Below are positions 37,500-49,891 of a stretch of 64,000 nt of DNA, piece by piece. Both the position numbers and the translations under genes were made by a program. The notes under the pieces were generated by a model that saw only the letters and a program-made list of their open reading frames with translations, had not been told where the DNA came from and did not search any database. The DNA is taken from the NCBI GenBank assembly GCA_036785375.1, contig JAWMAR010000039.1, positions 1,426,001 through 1,490,000 on the forward strand, in the 5' to 3' direction. Numbering within the stretch: the first letter of the stretch is position 1; every line of letters starts with the position of its first letter. Origin of the DNA: Leucoraja ocellata (Eukaryota).

Positions 37500-37830
37500 A
37501 CTGTGGCGGAGCTGGTAGAGCTGTCGCTCTCAGCCCAGAGACTCGGGTTCGATCCTGACCTCGGGTGCTGTCTGTGCGGAGTTTGCACGTTCTCCCTGTT
37601 GGATCAAGGAGAGCTGCTGCCTCGTAGCTCAGCCTCGGGCTTGATCCGGAACCCTGTTGTGGAGTTTGCATGTTCTCCTTGTATCCCTGTGCTTCAGCTT
37701 GCTTACACATCCCAAAGATATGTGGGTTGGTGGGTAAATGGGCCCTCATGTGGAGATGAATGGTGTAAACCGTGGAGAGATGATGGAAAAACTGAAAAAT
37801 GTGGAGGTTATACGGAAAATCAGTGGAAGT
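37500..37830 (+). mobile_element. Rearranged HE1-type SINE
   Basis: A box tggcggagctgg, B box ggttcgatcc, duplicated gagtttgca.gttctcc segment. Confidence 0.7.
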
Positions 37831-40402
37831 GTGTGAAGACAAGAAACTATAGATGCCGGAATCTTGAGCATCTCGAGAATAGTCCTGACCGGATATGTCA
37901 CCTATCCGTTCCGTTCACAGATGCTGCCTGACTCGCTGAGTTCCTCCAGCACTTTGTGTTTTGCTCAGAGTGGCTTCCTCCTATGCAGTCAGGTAACAGG
38001 CAAATGTCACTGAGGTTTCTGGATGTTCCAACTAATCGCAAGGCAAGATGACTCATCTTGAGAGAGTTCTAAAGAGGAGGCCCATGGCAACTGAAGGACT
38101 GTTTTCCAAAAGATGGTTGCCAAGCATTGGGTTGTGGTTGGAAGAGCAGAACTTATGTAAGAAGAGAATGCATTACACAAGTGGGCTGGGACGGTGTGTG
38201 AGATTGGACCTTGATGTGTGTGCAGTGGGAATATGATGTAATGAGGAAAGCAGAGGGCAAGGGGCATACAGAGTGAGGGACTGTGATATCATGAGCTGTA
38301 CAATAAGTGGAGAGTGACGGTGAGAGGAGGAGATGAGGAAACAGCTCACGGACAAGGCTGGGAGAGGCAGGGGCTGAGGTGGGCCGTGTGCCAACAGCAG
38401 CGGGAAGTAGCCAGCAACGGCTGGCTCGGACTCGGAAGGACCTCTGAGGGTGAGAACCAAACCCTGAGGTTCCAGAGCCGGCTTCAGTCCAGCAACGTGG
38501 AAGGTTTTCCGAGCTGGCGCCAGAAATGTGGATGCTGGCAGAAACGGAAAGGAACCGCTTTTGATTTTTGTCAACACTGAGCATAATAAAACTTTTGGCT
38601 CTTTCAGTTTCCACTACACTGAATGTTAGCGACCCGAGATATTTCCATTGAATGTGAGCACAATGGGCTTAAAGCATCGGTATAACATTCCTGCTGCAAA
38701 TGTAACATGTGCTCCAAAATTAGTTTAATGCTGAGCACATTAAATATAGTGAGCTGCTGCCAAATGTCATGAAGCACATTTTCAAAGCTTTATAGTTATA
38801 ATGTAATAAAACAAATATCTCCAAGAATTGTGGTGATTTTGTAAAGATGGAATTGCTGAATGTGCAATTTATTAGTCTATACTGTATGTGAAGAGATGAA
38901 TGCTTCGTTTTTATCTGCAGTTTACAGAACACTGATCCTGTCACTAGTTGCAAATGAGCTTTTTTTTTTATTTAGCATTGAGCAATTTTTTATTCATTAG
39001 GGTATTTCAATTAATTTGCTTCAAGTATGCAGCCTGCCTAACGTCATTGTGAACTCGGAACTTGCCACCGAAGCCGGAATGTGCCCTGTTCTCAGTGTGG
39101 GTAACAGAATAAGTGTGGAACAGTCAGATGTTCCAAATGAACAGGCTGCGGCCCAGAACGGATGTTGTGTACTGTTTAATACAGCGCTCCACAACTGAAA
39201 TGTGCTTACGCGTCACTCCAGAAATTGACCAGGGCGCTTCATGACATGAGTTGCGTGTGAAACAATGTCCATGTGATCCTGGGGCTTCCCCCAGGCAACC
39301 CTTCTGCCACAGTGCCTGTGAATGATGTCCTGTGGGCACCCACCTTTGGGTGCTCCTCAGAATATTCTGCACTCAGAGCACTGCACACTGGATAATCCCA
39401 CACTCGCCTTTTATCCACCGCATGTCCTGATAGCCCATGGCCCTGGACCTGAACCCAATCCATCAATCTTTGCCCACTCATCTATTTCCTCACCTGCTTA
39501 TTCTTCCCCCCTCCTCTGGCCAAGCATGGCACTCACTGGAGACCTCCACTCATACCCTCTCCCCAGCCACTCACCTGAAAGGCATTCTGATCCCGAGATG
39601 ACCCCCAGTCATCTCCCACCCGATCTCCCTGTGTCAGGCGGCACGTGTGCAGAAACATCCATTTCCATGGCCTGAAGGACCAATTCTGAGCATTGAACAC
39701 AAGACCAATGCCCCCATGAGGAAGTGATGAGGAAGTGCTGGGCTGTTAAACGTCAGAGATGGGCTGTGAAACCTGCCTTTCAGTGAGATGTTAAATTTAG
39801 ATGCTGCTTATGCTGATGTACTGGTGTAAAGAACCGCACCACACGTTTCACTGGCAGGGCAATGATCAGTTTCCTCTTGTTTAATTGTATCCTGCCCTCT
39901 ATCCATTTCCCAAAGTGAAGCTGGTTTAGGGCAATGTCAGTGAGAGATATGAAGTTGCAAAGTCTTAACTTACTGATGACATTCAACTGAATGCACTCAA
40001 CAATCCTTGGCACGTTATCTTGTAACGCTTCCTTACACCCTGACTGCCTGTCTGCATTCTGTATTTATAACTCAAAATGTATTAAACCGCCACACTGGTG
40101 TAAATATTCATTGAATTGCCATGTTGTTCGTATTCACAATATTAAAATGCTTGATACCGAAACTCTCCCCAGTCTGTGCCAGTGGGAAACGTCACAGGAA
40201 GAATTCTGCTCCTTCTCTGAAATTTCTAGTGTATTAGCATTTCTTAAAACAGATTCCAAAAATGGGAAAGCGGGTTTTAAAAAGCAAAATACTGAGAGTG
40301 GCATCCTATCTACCCATCCCAAAGCATTATTAACATTTTCCCAATCTTACATTGCTGTGTGAGCAGAGAGAGGTGGGAATGAAGCAACAGGAACCATCGT
40401 TG

Positions 40403-40595
40403 CCACAAAAAGCTGGAGTAACTCAACAGGTCAGGCAGCATCTCTGGAGATAAGGAACAGGAGACTGAAGAGGGGTCTCAACCCGAAACGTCACCAATTC
40501 CTTTTCTCCAAAGATGATGTCTGACCCACTGAGTTATTTGGGTCTATCTTCGGTTTAAACCAGCATCTACCTAGGTAGTTCTTTCCTATACACCA
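40403..40595. mobile_element. Palindromic Penelope-derived unit with hammerhead core
   Basis: CTGAAGA-GGGGTCTCAACCC-GAAACGTC at about 40465-40492 between inverted gctggagtaactca / tgagttatt arms. Confidence 0.7.
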
Positions 40596-42548
40596 GGAAC
40601 GACTAGGTGTGGACATGGTTATGGAGCAATGATATATAAAGGTCATACATGGAACACACAGAACATGTTGCTGGGTAAGACCACTGGAAAGAAGAAAAGA
40701 GTCACACCGAAAGCATGTGTTGCAATTGTGCAGGGATATTTTTACAGGTGTATAATTCTGTTAAAATAACCAAGAGCTTGCATATGAGTACATTGGTATT
40801 CAGTTCCACATCCCATAGCACAATGCTTGGTATCTGGAACAGTGACCACAAGAAACATATTGATTGGTCAGGTCACAGTCTGTACAAAGTAGGAGATGTT
40901 GTGCATACTGTCGGGTTCAAACGTCCCATGTGATTAGAACTTTAATATTTCTTCAGGTTCAGCTTTGACGTCCTTGAATGCCATCAAATCTCATCCCGCC
41001 AGTGAATTGTCCAAAGTGGTATTGCTCCATTTTATAACAGGGCGTTGCTGGTGAATGGACAGAAGTAATCCAATTGCAAGAGGAGCTTGCCTTGTGATTC
41101 ACATCAGCATCTGGACCCCTCAATTAGATTTACTGAGCTGTAATTTACTGAGCTGCATTCCTGCCTCAATTACAATCATTTAAAAATGTTTCTTGCTTTG
41201 CTCCTTTTGTTTAATGGGTCTGCTGAAGTCAGCATCGTGAAGGAGGAGACGGTGATGGGCGGGGACTTGGACTGGTCCATGGAGATACCTGACAGTGGGC
41301 AGCAACCCCAGCCAGCTACTAGCAGGTTCTGAACACTGCAAACACTAACTAAACTGTGAGCTGTGAGCTGTCTCATTGCACAAAGGACTTTGGGCACTTT
41401 GCATTAATATGGGTTTTTTTTACTTTATCGAATTAAAAAAAAAGATGTTATCTATGAGTTGTATGTTTACAGACCTGTATACTGCTGAGAATAAAAATGT
41501 TGTTCGGTTGTGGGTAAAGCAACAATTACTCACTTGCCTCATTGATGACTCTTGACGCTTGAGCCAGGGTTTGGCCATTTGAGGTTTACAAATGCCTCTG
41601 GTAATCCAACTAGATCATTAAAGAATCCTAAAACCATTTCCATGGATGTAATGGTAATTTGGAAATCTGTGATTGAATATGAGAATATATGTTCAGTTTC
41701 TAATCCACGTTTACTGTAAAGCACAGTTGTGAGTGAAAGGGCTATTTAGTACCACAATGCGATTAACTCTAATCCTGTATTAACCTATTTGATCAAAGCG
41801 TGGTACAAAGAGAGGCTTTGTAATTAGGGCTAAGAACCTACAGCCCTGCCATAATCCCCAGGGTATGACTGCCCTACACACACACACATATACAGATGGG
41901 GGAATCTTTGTCAACGGTGACTGTTTTGGGCATTTACCTTATCTCTTTGGGTCATTCTGCAGTCCTTTGAAGCAGTACAACTCCCTAATTAGTGTTAGGG
42001 CATCGGTAATCCTCAGCCCTTACCTGCCAGAGTTTCCTCGATCAGGTTTTCCTTCCATCCTGATGTACGTTAAATGTAGGCTTCATTCTGGAGGTTTTTC
42101 TCTGCACGAATCCCCCCCCCCCCCCCCTTCAAAATTAGTTTTGGGTTTTCATCACCTATTCCTTCTCTCCAGAGACGCTGCCTGTCCCTCTGAGTTACTC
42201 CAGCATTTTGAAATGTTTATGCAATTATTCTCTCCTTGTGTTGCACGATGCCGTCCTGCTTCGGGAACGAGTCCTTCGTAGCCAATGAAGCATAAATCTG
42301 TGCCTGGTTTACACGTTATATGGATGTTTAATGTCGGGCCACACGACCTGGTTCTGTGTTATGGATTCTATCTAATTCAATTTGCGCAAAGATTACAGGA
42401 GAGATCTATGTGCCATTAACCTGACCGCCGAATGCCTATTCAAGATGCTAAACAAATTCACCCTGACTCCCACAGCACAGCTTTGGCTGCTCTCAAATAC
42501 TTGGCTGCAGGTGATTTTCCGTTTACTCCATCTCCACCATATGCTTAC

Positions 42549-42960
42549 AGCAGGTTGGAGGGAGATGGTGATGAGGATGAGAGAGGCAGGATTGCTCGCC
42601 ATATGTGTGCCGTGTAATGCACAGCCTCTGCTGCCGTCGCTGGGCTCTCTGTGATAAGTCTTCAGCCCTGGCTCCGCGTTTAAAGACGAGAAATTATCCA
42701 CTATCGACCACCCTTTCATCGCGGGCGGCCACGCAGATTTATTCTCGTCTCTCACGGGCCACTGTCGTCCCGTGCATTCGGCTACATACAGCATGTTCCT
42801 GTACTTGAGCGTAATTTGAATGTGCAAGAGACGCGGATCAGAGCAGCTGAATTGTGAAGCGAGCACCTGATGTCTCACACTTCACACTCGAAACTCATCC
42901 TCGCTCGCTGTGTGTTCGAGGCGGAGGTTCACTAGGGCTCTCAGCCGGGGTAACCTACAA
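42549..42960 (-). promoter_or_regulatory. CpG-rich patch with candidate minus-strand first exon
   Basis: Local CpG enrichment in unique DNA; GCCCGCG-ATG at 42719 opens 57 codons to donor-like CT|GTAAGC at 42549/42548; product unrecognised. Confidence 0.3.
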
Positions 42961-44331
42961 TGAGGAAACCCCCGTGGGGGGCCTTTTAATTTCTTCCTCG
43001 CCCCCTCCCCCCTCCCCCCCCCCCCCCCGTGAGAAATGAGTAATCAGTGGGAAAGTTGCAGAGGCTGGGGGAGAGCACTTGGCAAATGATGAGGGGCATG
43101 GAACATCACAATGGGCGAGTTAGAGTCGAGGGGCAAAATTACAGGAAGTGATTTACACTGTAACGTTAAAATATATAACAGGGATATACGAAGAATATAC
43201 CGGAATATCATTCTAAGCTGGCCATCAGTGATCTCCGTCTATGGATGGCCATTCGATGCGCTGTGCACAGACTGGATGGAGGGATATATGGTCTCTCTCT
43301 GCTTTGGCTGAAATGGTCAGGTTCAGGCCAAGAGTCAAAATGCAGGTAAAGTTCATGATTGAAGCCAAGTCATTCACCCTTTGCTCCAACCAGGCAAGAT
43401 ACAAATGTACAATATAACCTGAACACGCAATTAATATCTTGTCTCCAAAATTCCAGTAATAAAATACTCTCCCGGTGTGTACATGAAGGATTAATCAGGG
43501 TCGGCAGAAAAATATAATAAAGATTTCCATGAGCAAAGGTGTGGCAATTGCATATGCATGACTCCATTAATGGAAGAGGTATATTACACCAGTGTCCGAG
43601 GCAAGCTGTTTCTAACACCTGATTAATTTACAACTAAACTGGGCAAGTATTTCTGTAGCCCAACTGTTGAATTAGTTGAAATTGTAGCTTCTGTTGTTCT
43701 GATATTAGTCTGGATATTTTTATTGCCTCTCTAGAGGCAACTGTATAGGTTGGTTACGGATTCAGTATCCTGTAAACTAATACCTCATTCCAATGGGAGC
43801 AAGGAAGAGCCTGCACAAGTCTGTTTGTGGGTTCAGCATTATAATTATTAACTATAATGGAAAACTGGCTTTCCTGGGTTGGTATTCATGTAATCTCAGC
43901 AATTATTCTGAGAAAGTTGGTTGATTTTTCATGTTGCTATTCATTAGTGGGCTCAGATTTAAAAAAAAATAACCCCTTTGACAATCCGCTTTTGTATTTG
44001 CTCAACCTACAATCTATCACGTGAATTTGTTATTTCCAAATGAGAGTTTATATTAATCTCGGAGAATGTTATGTCGAGGTTTTAAAACTATTTTTCATTA
44101 ATGAACATCTGGAAAATGAGTGTTTTTTGTTTTGCTGCAGTGTGGTGAATACGACAATCTACAGACCACAGAACCATTACTCATGCAAGTTGTTTTCAAA
44201 ATAAATATCCCAATGACTTTGTTCTTAGGTTGATATTGTTTTGGGGCCATGCCCTTTGACTGGCACAGGCAGCCTTTCGTGCCAGGTTTTATTGCCAAGG
44301 GGATTACAGAAGGCGGCGAGTTATTTGTGAA

Positions 44332-44780
44332 GGTTACACAAAAAAGCTGGAGAAACTCAGCGGGTGCAGCAGCATCTATGGAGCGAAGGAAATAGGCAAC
44401 GTTTCGGGCCGAAACCCTTCTTCAGACTGATCGGGGGCGGGGGTGGGTGGGGACAAGAAAGGGAAAAGGAGGAGTAGCCAGAAGGCTGGGGGATGGGAGG
44501 AGACAGCAGGGGGGCTGAGGAAGGGGAGGAGACAGCAAGGACTAACAAAATTGGGAGAATTCGATGTTCATGCCCCCGGGGTGCAGACTCCCCAAACGGA
44601 ATATGAGGTGCTGTTCCTCCAATTTCGGGTGCTGCTCGCTGTGGCCATGGAGGAGACCCAGGACAGAGAGGTCGGAGGCGGAGTGGGAGGGGGAGTTGAA
44701 GTGCTGAGCCACCAGGAGGTCAGCTTGGTTATTGCGGACCGAGCGGAGGTGTTCGGTGAAACGATCGCCCAACAATAACA
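44332..44780 (-). mobile_element. 5'-truncated Penelope-like element (GIY-YIG endonuclease C-terminus and hammerhead-bearing terminal repeat)
   Basis: Peptide LGDRFTEHLRSVR...VAQHFNSPSHSASDLSVLGLLH...KLEEQHLIFRLGSLHPGGMNIEF; reverse core CTGAAGAA-GGGTTTCGGCCC-GAAACGTT; TSD GAGTTATTTGTGAA at 44318-44331 / 44783-44796. Confidence 0.92.
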
Positions 44781-44846
44781 GTGAGTTATTTGTGAACACT
44801 GACTGAGGAAAGGATCGAATCGGTAAAAGTTTTTTTTTTCTTCTTA

Positions 44847-45244
44847 AGGGCCTGTCCCACGAGCATGCGACTGCATGCTGCAAGCGCGACCTAACGTGGT
44901 CGCGGGGCCGGTCCCACTTCGATCGCCGGACCCGTATGGAGTTGTGCGGAGCTGGTCCCGACATCGTGCGGTGCTCCGAAAAACTGATACTGTCCAAAGT
45001 TTCCGCATGGAAACGGCCTGCCGGCCCGCAGCCACATTAAGGCCGTACGCACCACCTCGACGGGCGTGCACAGCCATTCGACGCCGTACGCAGCGTCTTG
45101 ACGCCGTACGCAGCATCTTGACGGCGTACGCCTTCACTCGAACTTCACGTTAACTCATACGGGATCACTCGACCTCCGCGCAGCCCCCGCTTCCGGTTTG
45201 GTCGCGCTTGCCGCATGCAGACGCATGCTTGTGGGACAGGCTCT
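44847..45244. mobile_element. PIF/Harbinger-type MITE
   Basis: ~45-bp TIRs AG(G/A)GCCTGTCCCAC(G/A)AGCATGCG(A/T)CTGCATGC(T/G)GCAAGCGCGACC; TTA TSD at 44844-44846 and 45245-45247. Confidence 0.9.
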
Positions 45245-45269
45245 TTAGTTTTTAGAGCAACGTCATGAA

Positions 45270-45380
45270 ATCTGAGCACCTGGAGAAACCTACGTGGTGA
45301 CAGGGAGAACGTGCAAACTCCACACAGACGGCACCCGAGGTCAGGATCGAACCCTGGTCTCTGGTGCTGTGAGGCAGTGC
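45270..45380 (-). mobile_element. HE1-type SINE 5' part
   Basis: ggagaacgtgcaaactccacacagacggcacccgaggtcaggatcgaacc. Confidence 0.75.
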
Positions 45381-45451
45381 CAACCAATGGTTTTACAGTG
45401 GCTAAATGATAGCTTGGGGATCAGGCATTCCTATGGAGACCTTCATATAAA

Positions 45452-45476
45452 GGTGTGTGTGTGTGTGTGTGTGTGT
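45452..45476. repeat. (GT)n microsatellite
   Basis: About 12 GT units. Confidence 0.9.
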
Positions 45477-46402
45477 TGGGAGGGGGTGGGACCACATGTA
45501 TGTGATTTTCTTCCTGCGTCTCCTCCACATAATGAGCATGTGAAACTGCCAAATGTAATTTGCAGAGATTAGGAATATGATTTTTCACATGCTAATGGAA
45601 GATTCAGAAAAATTGTAAAACATTGCCCAGCAATACGTTGTCTGGATTCATAAAGGAAATAATAGTCCTAAGTTATCCCACTTTCTCATCCGCTCCCCAC
45701 AATGTTATGTACCAGCAGAAGGCAGTGTGCACGTGTGGCATTGGAATGGCCAGTATTCATATTGTTAAGATGATATGTTAATATCAGGTCTTAGCATTTA
45801 CAGCAGCACAAAACACTGCAGCATCCTTCATATAAACCCGAGAGTAATCAGTGGAATAATTCAGAGATTCTGCACACTTGAATGCTCACAGTTTCAGATG
45901 GTCAATGAAAGAGATAATAGTATTAGCTATCTGAGTCTTTAGCTTCCTGGATCCAGACTGTGGCTAATACACATGATTGGTGCTGAAGTGAAAAAGCCAC
46001 ACTTCATTGTATTGACACGAGCTGATATTGAAATATCAATAGCATGGGGTGATCCATGGAGCTCAGGTGCTTATTCTTCACTCCCAGTGGTGTGTTTTTC
46101 ATGAACAGAATTTGTAACTCGTCTGGTAAGCTGCGAAAACTGCCTGCAAAAACCATGATGTTTTATCCGTACTTACCTGAGCAAATAAGTTGTGGCTTTC
46201 GTTGAGCCTAGCCCAGAGTGGCCACATGCACTGTGCTGCAGTCAGCATGCACATCTGTGATAATCTACCGGCACCATCTCTGTCCACCTTACCTTGTGCT
46301 TAGTTGCGAACTGTCTGCTAATATATTTGCATGAAACTCCTTTGTACACTAATTCGATAAAAGACGAAACCATTCATCTCAAATGGGATTCATATATATG
46401 AG

Positions 46403-46567
46403 TGTGTAAGAAGGAACAGCAGATGCTGGTTTATACTGAAGATAGACACAAAATGCTGGAGTAACTCAGCGGGTCAGTTCTACAGAGATGTTGCCTGTCC
46501 CAGAGTAACTCCAGCATTTTGTGTCTATCTTCAGTGTAAACCAGCATCTGCAATTCCTTCCTACACA
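46403..46567. mobile_element. Fold-back Penelope-derived unit
   Basis: ~65-bp arms gtgtaagaaggaacagcagatgctggtttatactgaagatagacacaaaatgctggagtaactc and its near-exact reverse complement. Confidence 0.8.
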
Positions 46568-49234
46568 TTTAGTGTATCTTGCATCATGTTCGGCACAGAT
46601 ATGGTGGACTGTAGGTTTTATATGGAGTGCCTTGTAGAATGGTAGTTTTCACTCTGGTTCTCAGCAACAGCATCACCATTGTCACTCTACTGACATTTAC
46701 TTAGGATACCTTGGCCCTCTGTACTTGACATCCATATCAGAGACTATTAAATCAAATTCTTAACCTGAGCTGTCGTAATACCTCCATTTGTAGCTATGTG
46801 TCTACTTTTATTTGAGCACACTCCGGAGACGTGTCTTGGGATGTTCACTATATCTATGGCAGCATATAACAGTTTGGTCGTTGGTCAGAGTGGAACTCTG
46901 TGCATCTTGTTTTGCCATTGGGCGCATGATTAATTTTTACTTCAAATGTATTGCCATATGTTACGGAGAGGAGGAAATATAATTTAAGCTTGGTTAAGCT
47001 TGGCAAACTTTTGAATGCACGCAAAATGCCTCGAAGAGGAGGGAAGCATTTGATGCATATTCATTGAATTTATTTCCAATGATATTCCTGTATTTGGACA
47101 AAGAGAAATAGGAAACAGCTGCTTTCCTGCAGGAAATAGATGTTTGCAAATGAGCAGGCAGCCCCAAACTACCTAACTTAATGAAAAGTAGGGAATGTAC
47201 CTTGGAGGAAGAGTATTCTCGGCAAAATAAGGCCTTGATCCTTTCTGCTTGACACTGTAACAAGGGGGGTGATTTGTGTAGGAGAGAAGGAATTAACTAA
47301 GCAGATGGAGACTCTGTCAGTGAAGGTTAGCTCTCACTTTGGCTTGGCTGTAGACCAAAATGTAATCAATTAATGGCAATTATAAAGGGAAATTTTCTGC
47401 TGTGAACTTTGCCCAGTGTGGGCTGAGTTAAGATTGTCCAAATTCATTTTACTTAGGAAACATTACCAGCTATTATAGAAAAAAAGAATACTTATCATAT
47501 CCTGACCAGATTTCAAGCTTTGATCCCTGAGGGGAAAGGTCATGGTTCTTATTGACTGCACAGCCTTTTCCCTGGTGAATATTTGTGTTAATTCTGAGGC
47601 CGTTCTGCACGCCGCTCCTAACAATCAATATAATTTAGAAAAATCAGTTAAGAAGAACAGGGCTGCCACTTCCTGATTGACACCAATCTATCCTGAACAT
47701 ATAGCGAATACAGAGTAGCGAACATTTTCTGCTCGTGTCAATTTAATAGAAAATACAGATTTTGTTTGCTAATAATTCCCCTCCCCCCACATCTGCCAAA
47801 AACAGCCTTGTTTTTAATTGGTGGTACACGAGATGCAGATTGGCCTTTTGTTAATGATGAGGGCCCAAGTCAGTGGTGAAATCTATCGCAGAGCAATTGG
47901 TCAACAGCGTTTCTAGTTAAATGGGGACATCAGCCAGATGCTGCAGTGGCCCTGTGGTGCACAGACTGAACAACACCTGACCCAACACTTTCCACTCATG
48001 GATCCTCCTACAACCCCAGTATAGCTTCAGACGCCATGTACATGCTAAAGTGTTAACTTTGATTAGAATGCAAAAAAAAATATTTCCCTAAGCATTCGGT
48101 TAGGACAGATTGCATTGAATTTGGACTTTGGAAAATTCCTGGCACTGGGATTTAAATACATGGTAAAGGTCATATGAGTACAAGTGTTCACATACTCGGA
48201 GGGGCAAGTGTACTGAGATTACACCACTCATTAGATGAGCAAATGGTTGGATTAAGTGACTAGGGGTGAAATGGGGACAAATATCAGATAAACAGAGATG
48301 AGGAGGAATGAAATGTAAAGCTGGAGGAGGGATTGTCCACCCTTTGTCACTTACTCCACCCATCTGCGAACCCCTCCACCCCCCCCTCACCTGTATCCAC
48401 TTATTACTTGCCAGACTTCGCCAAACTCCCTCCCTCTCTTTTCCAGCTTTCTCACCCCTTCCCCAATCAGTTCCTGACCCGAAACATGGTCTGTCCATTC
48501 CCTCCACAGAGGCAGGCTGACCTGCTAAGTTACCTCAGCCCTTTATTGTCTTGCTCAATAAATGCTCGGATTTTATTTCTAAATAAGGAGCACAGGGTGT
48601 GTTTTTATTTTTCAAGAAACTAATATAAGCAGAATTGGTTATTTTGCAGTTCACTTCTCCTGAAGCTCGCTATGAATAATCTCTTCACATCCCTGTTATG
48701 GAAAATGTGTCATGTAATGAAATGTTGGACATGAAAACCTTCGCTGTGCAGCCCGATGCAAACGGTGAACAATTGCCCAAGCCCCGATCTTGCAATCGAG
48801 CCTTATGTGTATACACTTATGGGTGGCCGCCTCTCACAAATTGCCAAAATCAATCGAAGGTTGCTCAGTGTGATATCCTGGTCAAACATGACCAGCTGTA
48901 ATTTTTCAAACTTGTATAAAAAAAAAGTCACTCGCATTCATCTTCTGCTACGTTTGTACGACTTTATGATTTATTTAATATTATTACTTTTACTTATCAT
49001 CCTCCACTTTGGCTTCTTAATGTTAAAATAGAACTGGAGCATTGAATGCGGCTCCTCCATTGTAGCAAGTGCATTATAAACCATGTATCACAATCACATG
49101 GCACAGTTTCTTGTTTTAAATCAAGGCTGCAATTTCTAAAGAAACCAAAAACAACAGGGAATTTTCAAATGAATTTACACCTACAATTTTTTTAGGCTTT
49201 TGCTGTTTTGATCCAGATGATGGTGAAGCTTTAA

Positions 49235-49525
49235 ATTTAATGCTGGATGGTATGGCCTTGAGGTGAAAAGGGAGAGATTTAAGGGACCTCAGGTGCACCT
49301 TTTTCACTCAGAGGGCAGTTCGTATCTGGAACAAGCTGCCAGAGGATGCTGTAGAAGCAGATCCAATCACTTATTTTTAGAGAAGTTTGGACAGACATAT
49401 GGATAGGAAGGTTTCCGAGGGATATGGGCCAAATGGAGGTAAATGGTGGGGCATCGTGGTGGGCATGGACAATGTGGGCCAAAGGGCCTGTTTATGTGCT
49501 GTACAGTTCTGATTCTCTATGACTT
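49235..49525 (+). mobile_element. CR1 3' fragment
   Basis: ttttcactcagagggcagttcgtatctggaac...gtgggccaaagggcctgttt...ttctgattctctatgact. Confidence 0.75.
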
Positions 49526-49780
49526 TATATCTGGAGGATAATGTGCTATTCCAAACAAGCAATCGCTGCAAATAAATATTTCCAATGCAGTCGCTGTGTT
49601 TATAGAGGAGGTCAGGGAATGGCTATGCAGGAGTTCTAGGACTACCTTTCACCATCTAATTTAATTCCTCTTTTTTTCTCAATTGACGAATCTCTCTATG
49701 ACCCATTTCCTATCCCCCTAAGTATTGGCCAACGGGAGAATACTAGAGTCAATGAACGCATATTTTTGTAGCACTATACA

Positions 49781-49891
49781 CAGTGGCGAACTGGCCAGGG
49801 TGTCAGCTTGCCCGATGGCAAGTAGGCCCCTGATGAAGTGGGCCCCCTTTGTCTCCTGGCAACCAATACTTTTAGACCCAGTCCGCCACTG
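49781..49891. mobile_element. 111-bp hAT-type MITE
   Basis: 14-bp TIR CAGTGGCG(A/G)ACTGG; 8-bp TSD ACT(A/G)TACA at 49773-49780 / 49892-49899. Confidence 0.85.

Noticed and set aside
39278-39355. Two neighbouring GC hairpins
   Set aside because: Short stems, no known RNA motif
46171-46260. Consensus minus-strand donor CAG|GTAAGT with a short open frame
   Set aside because: No polypyrimidine acceptor and no recognisable peptide
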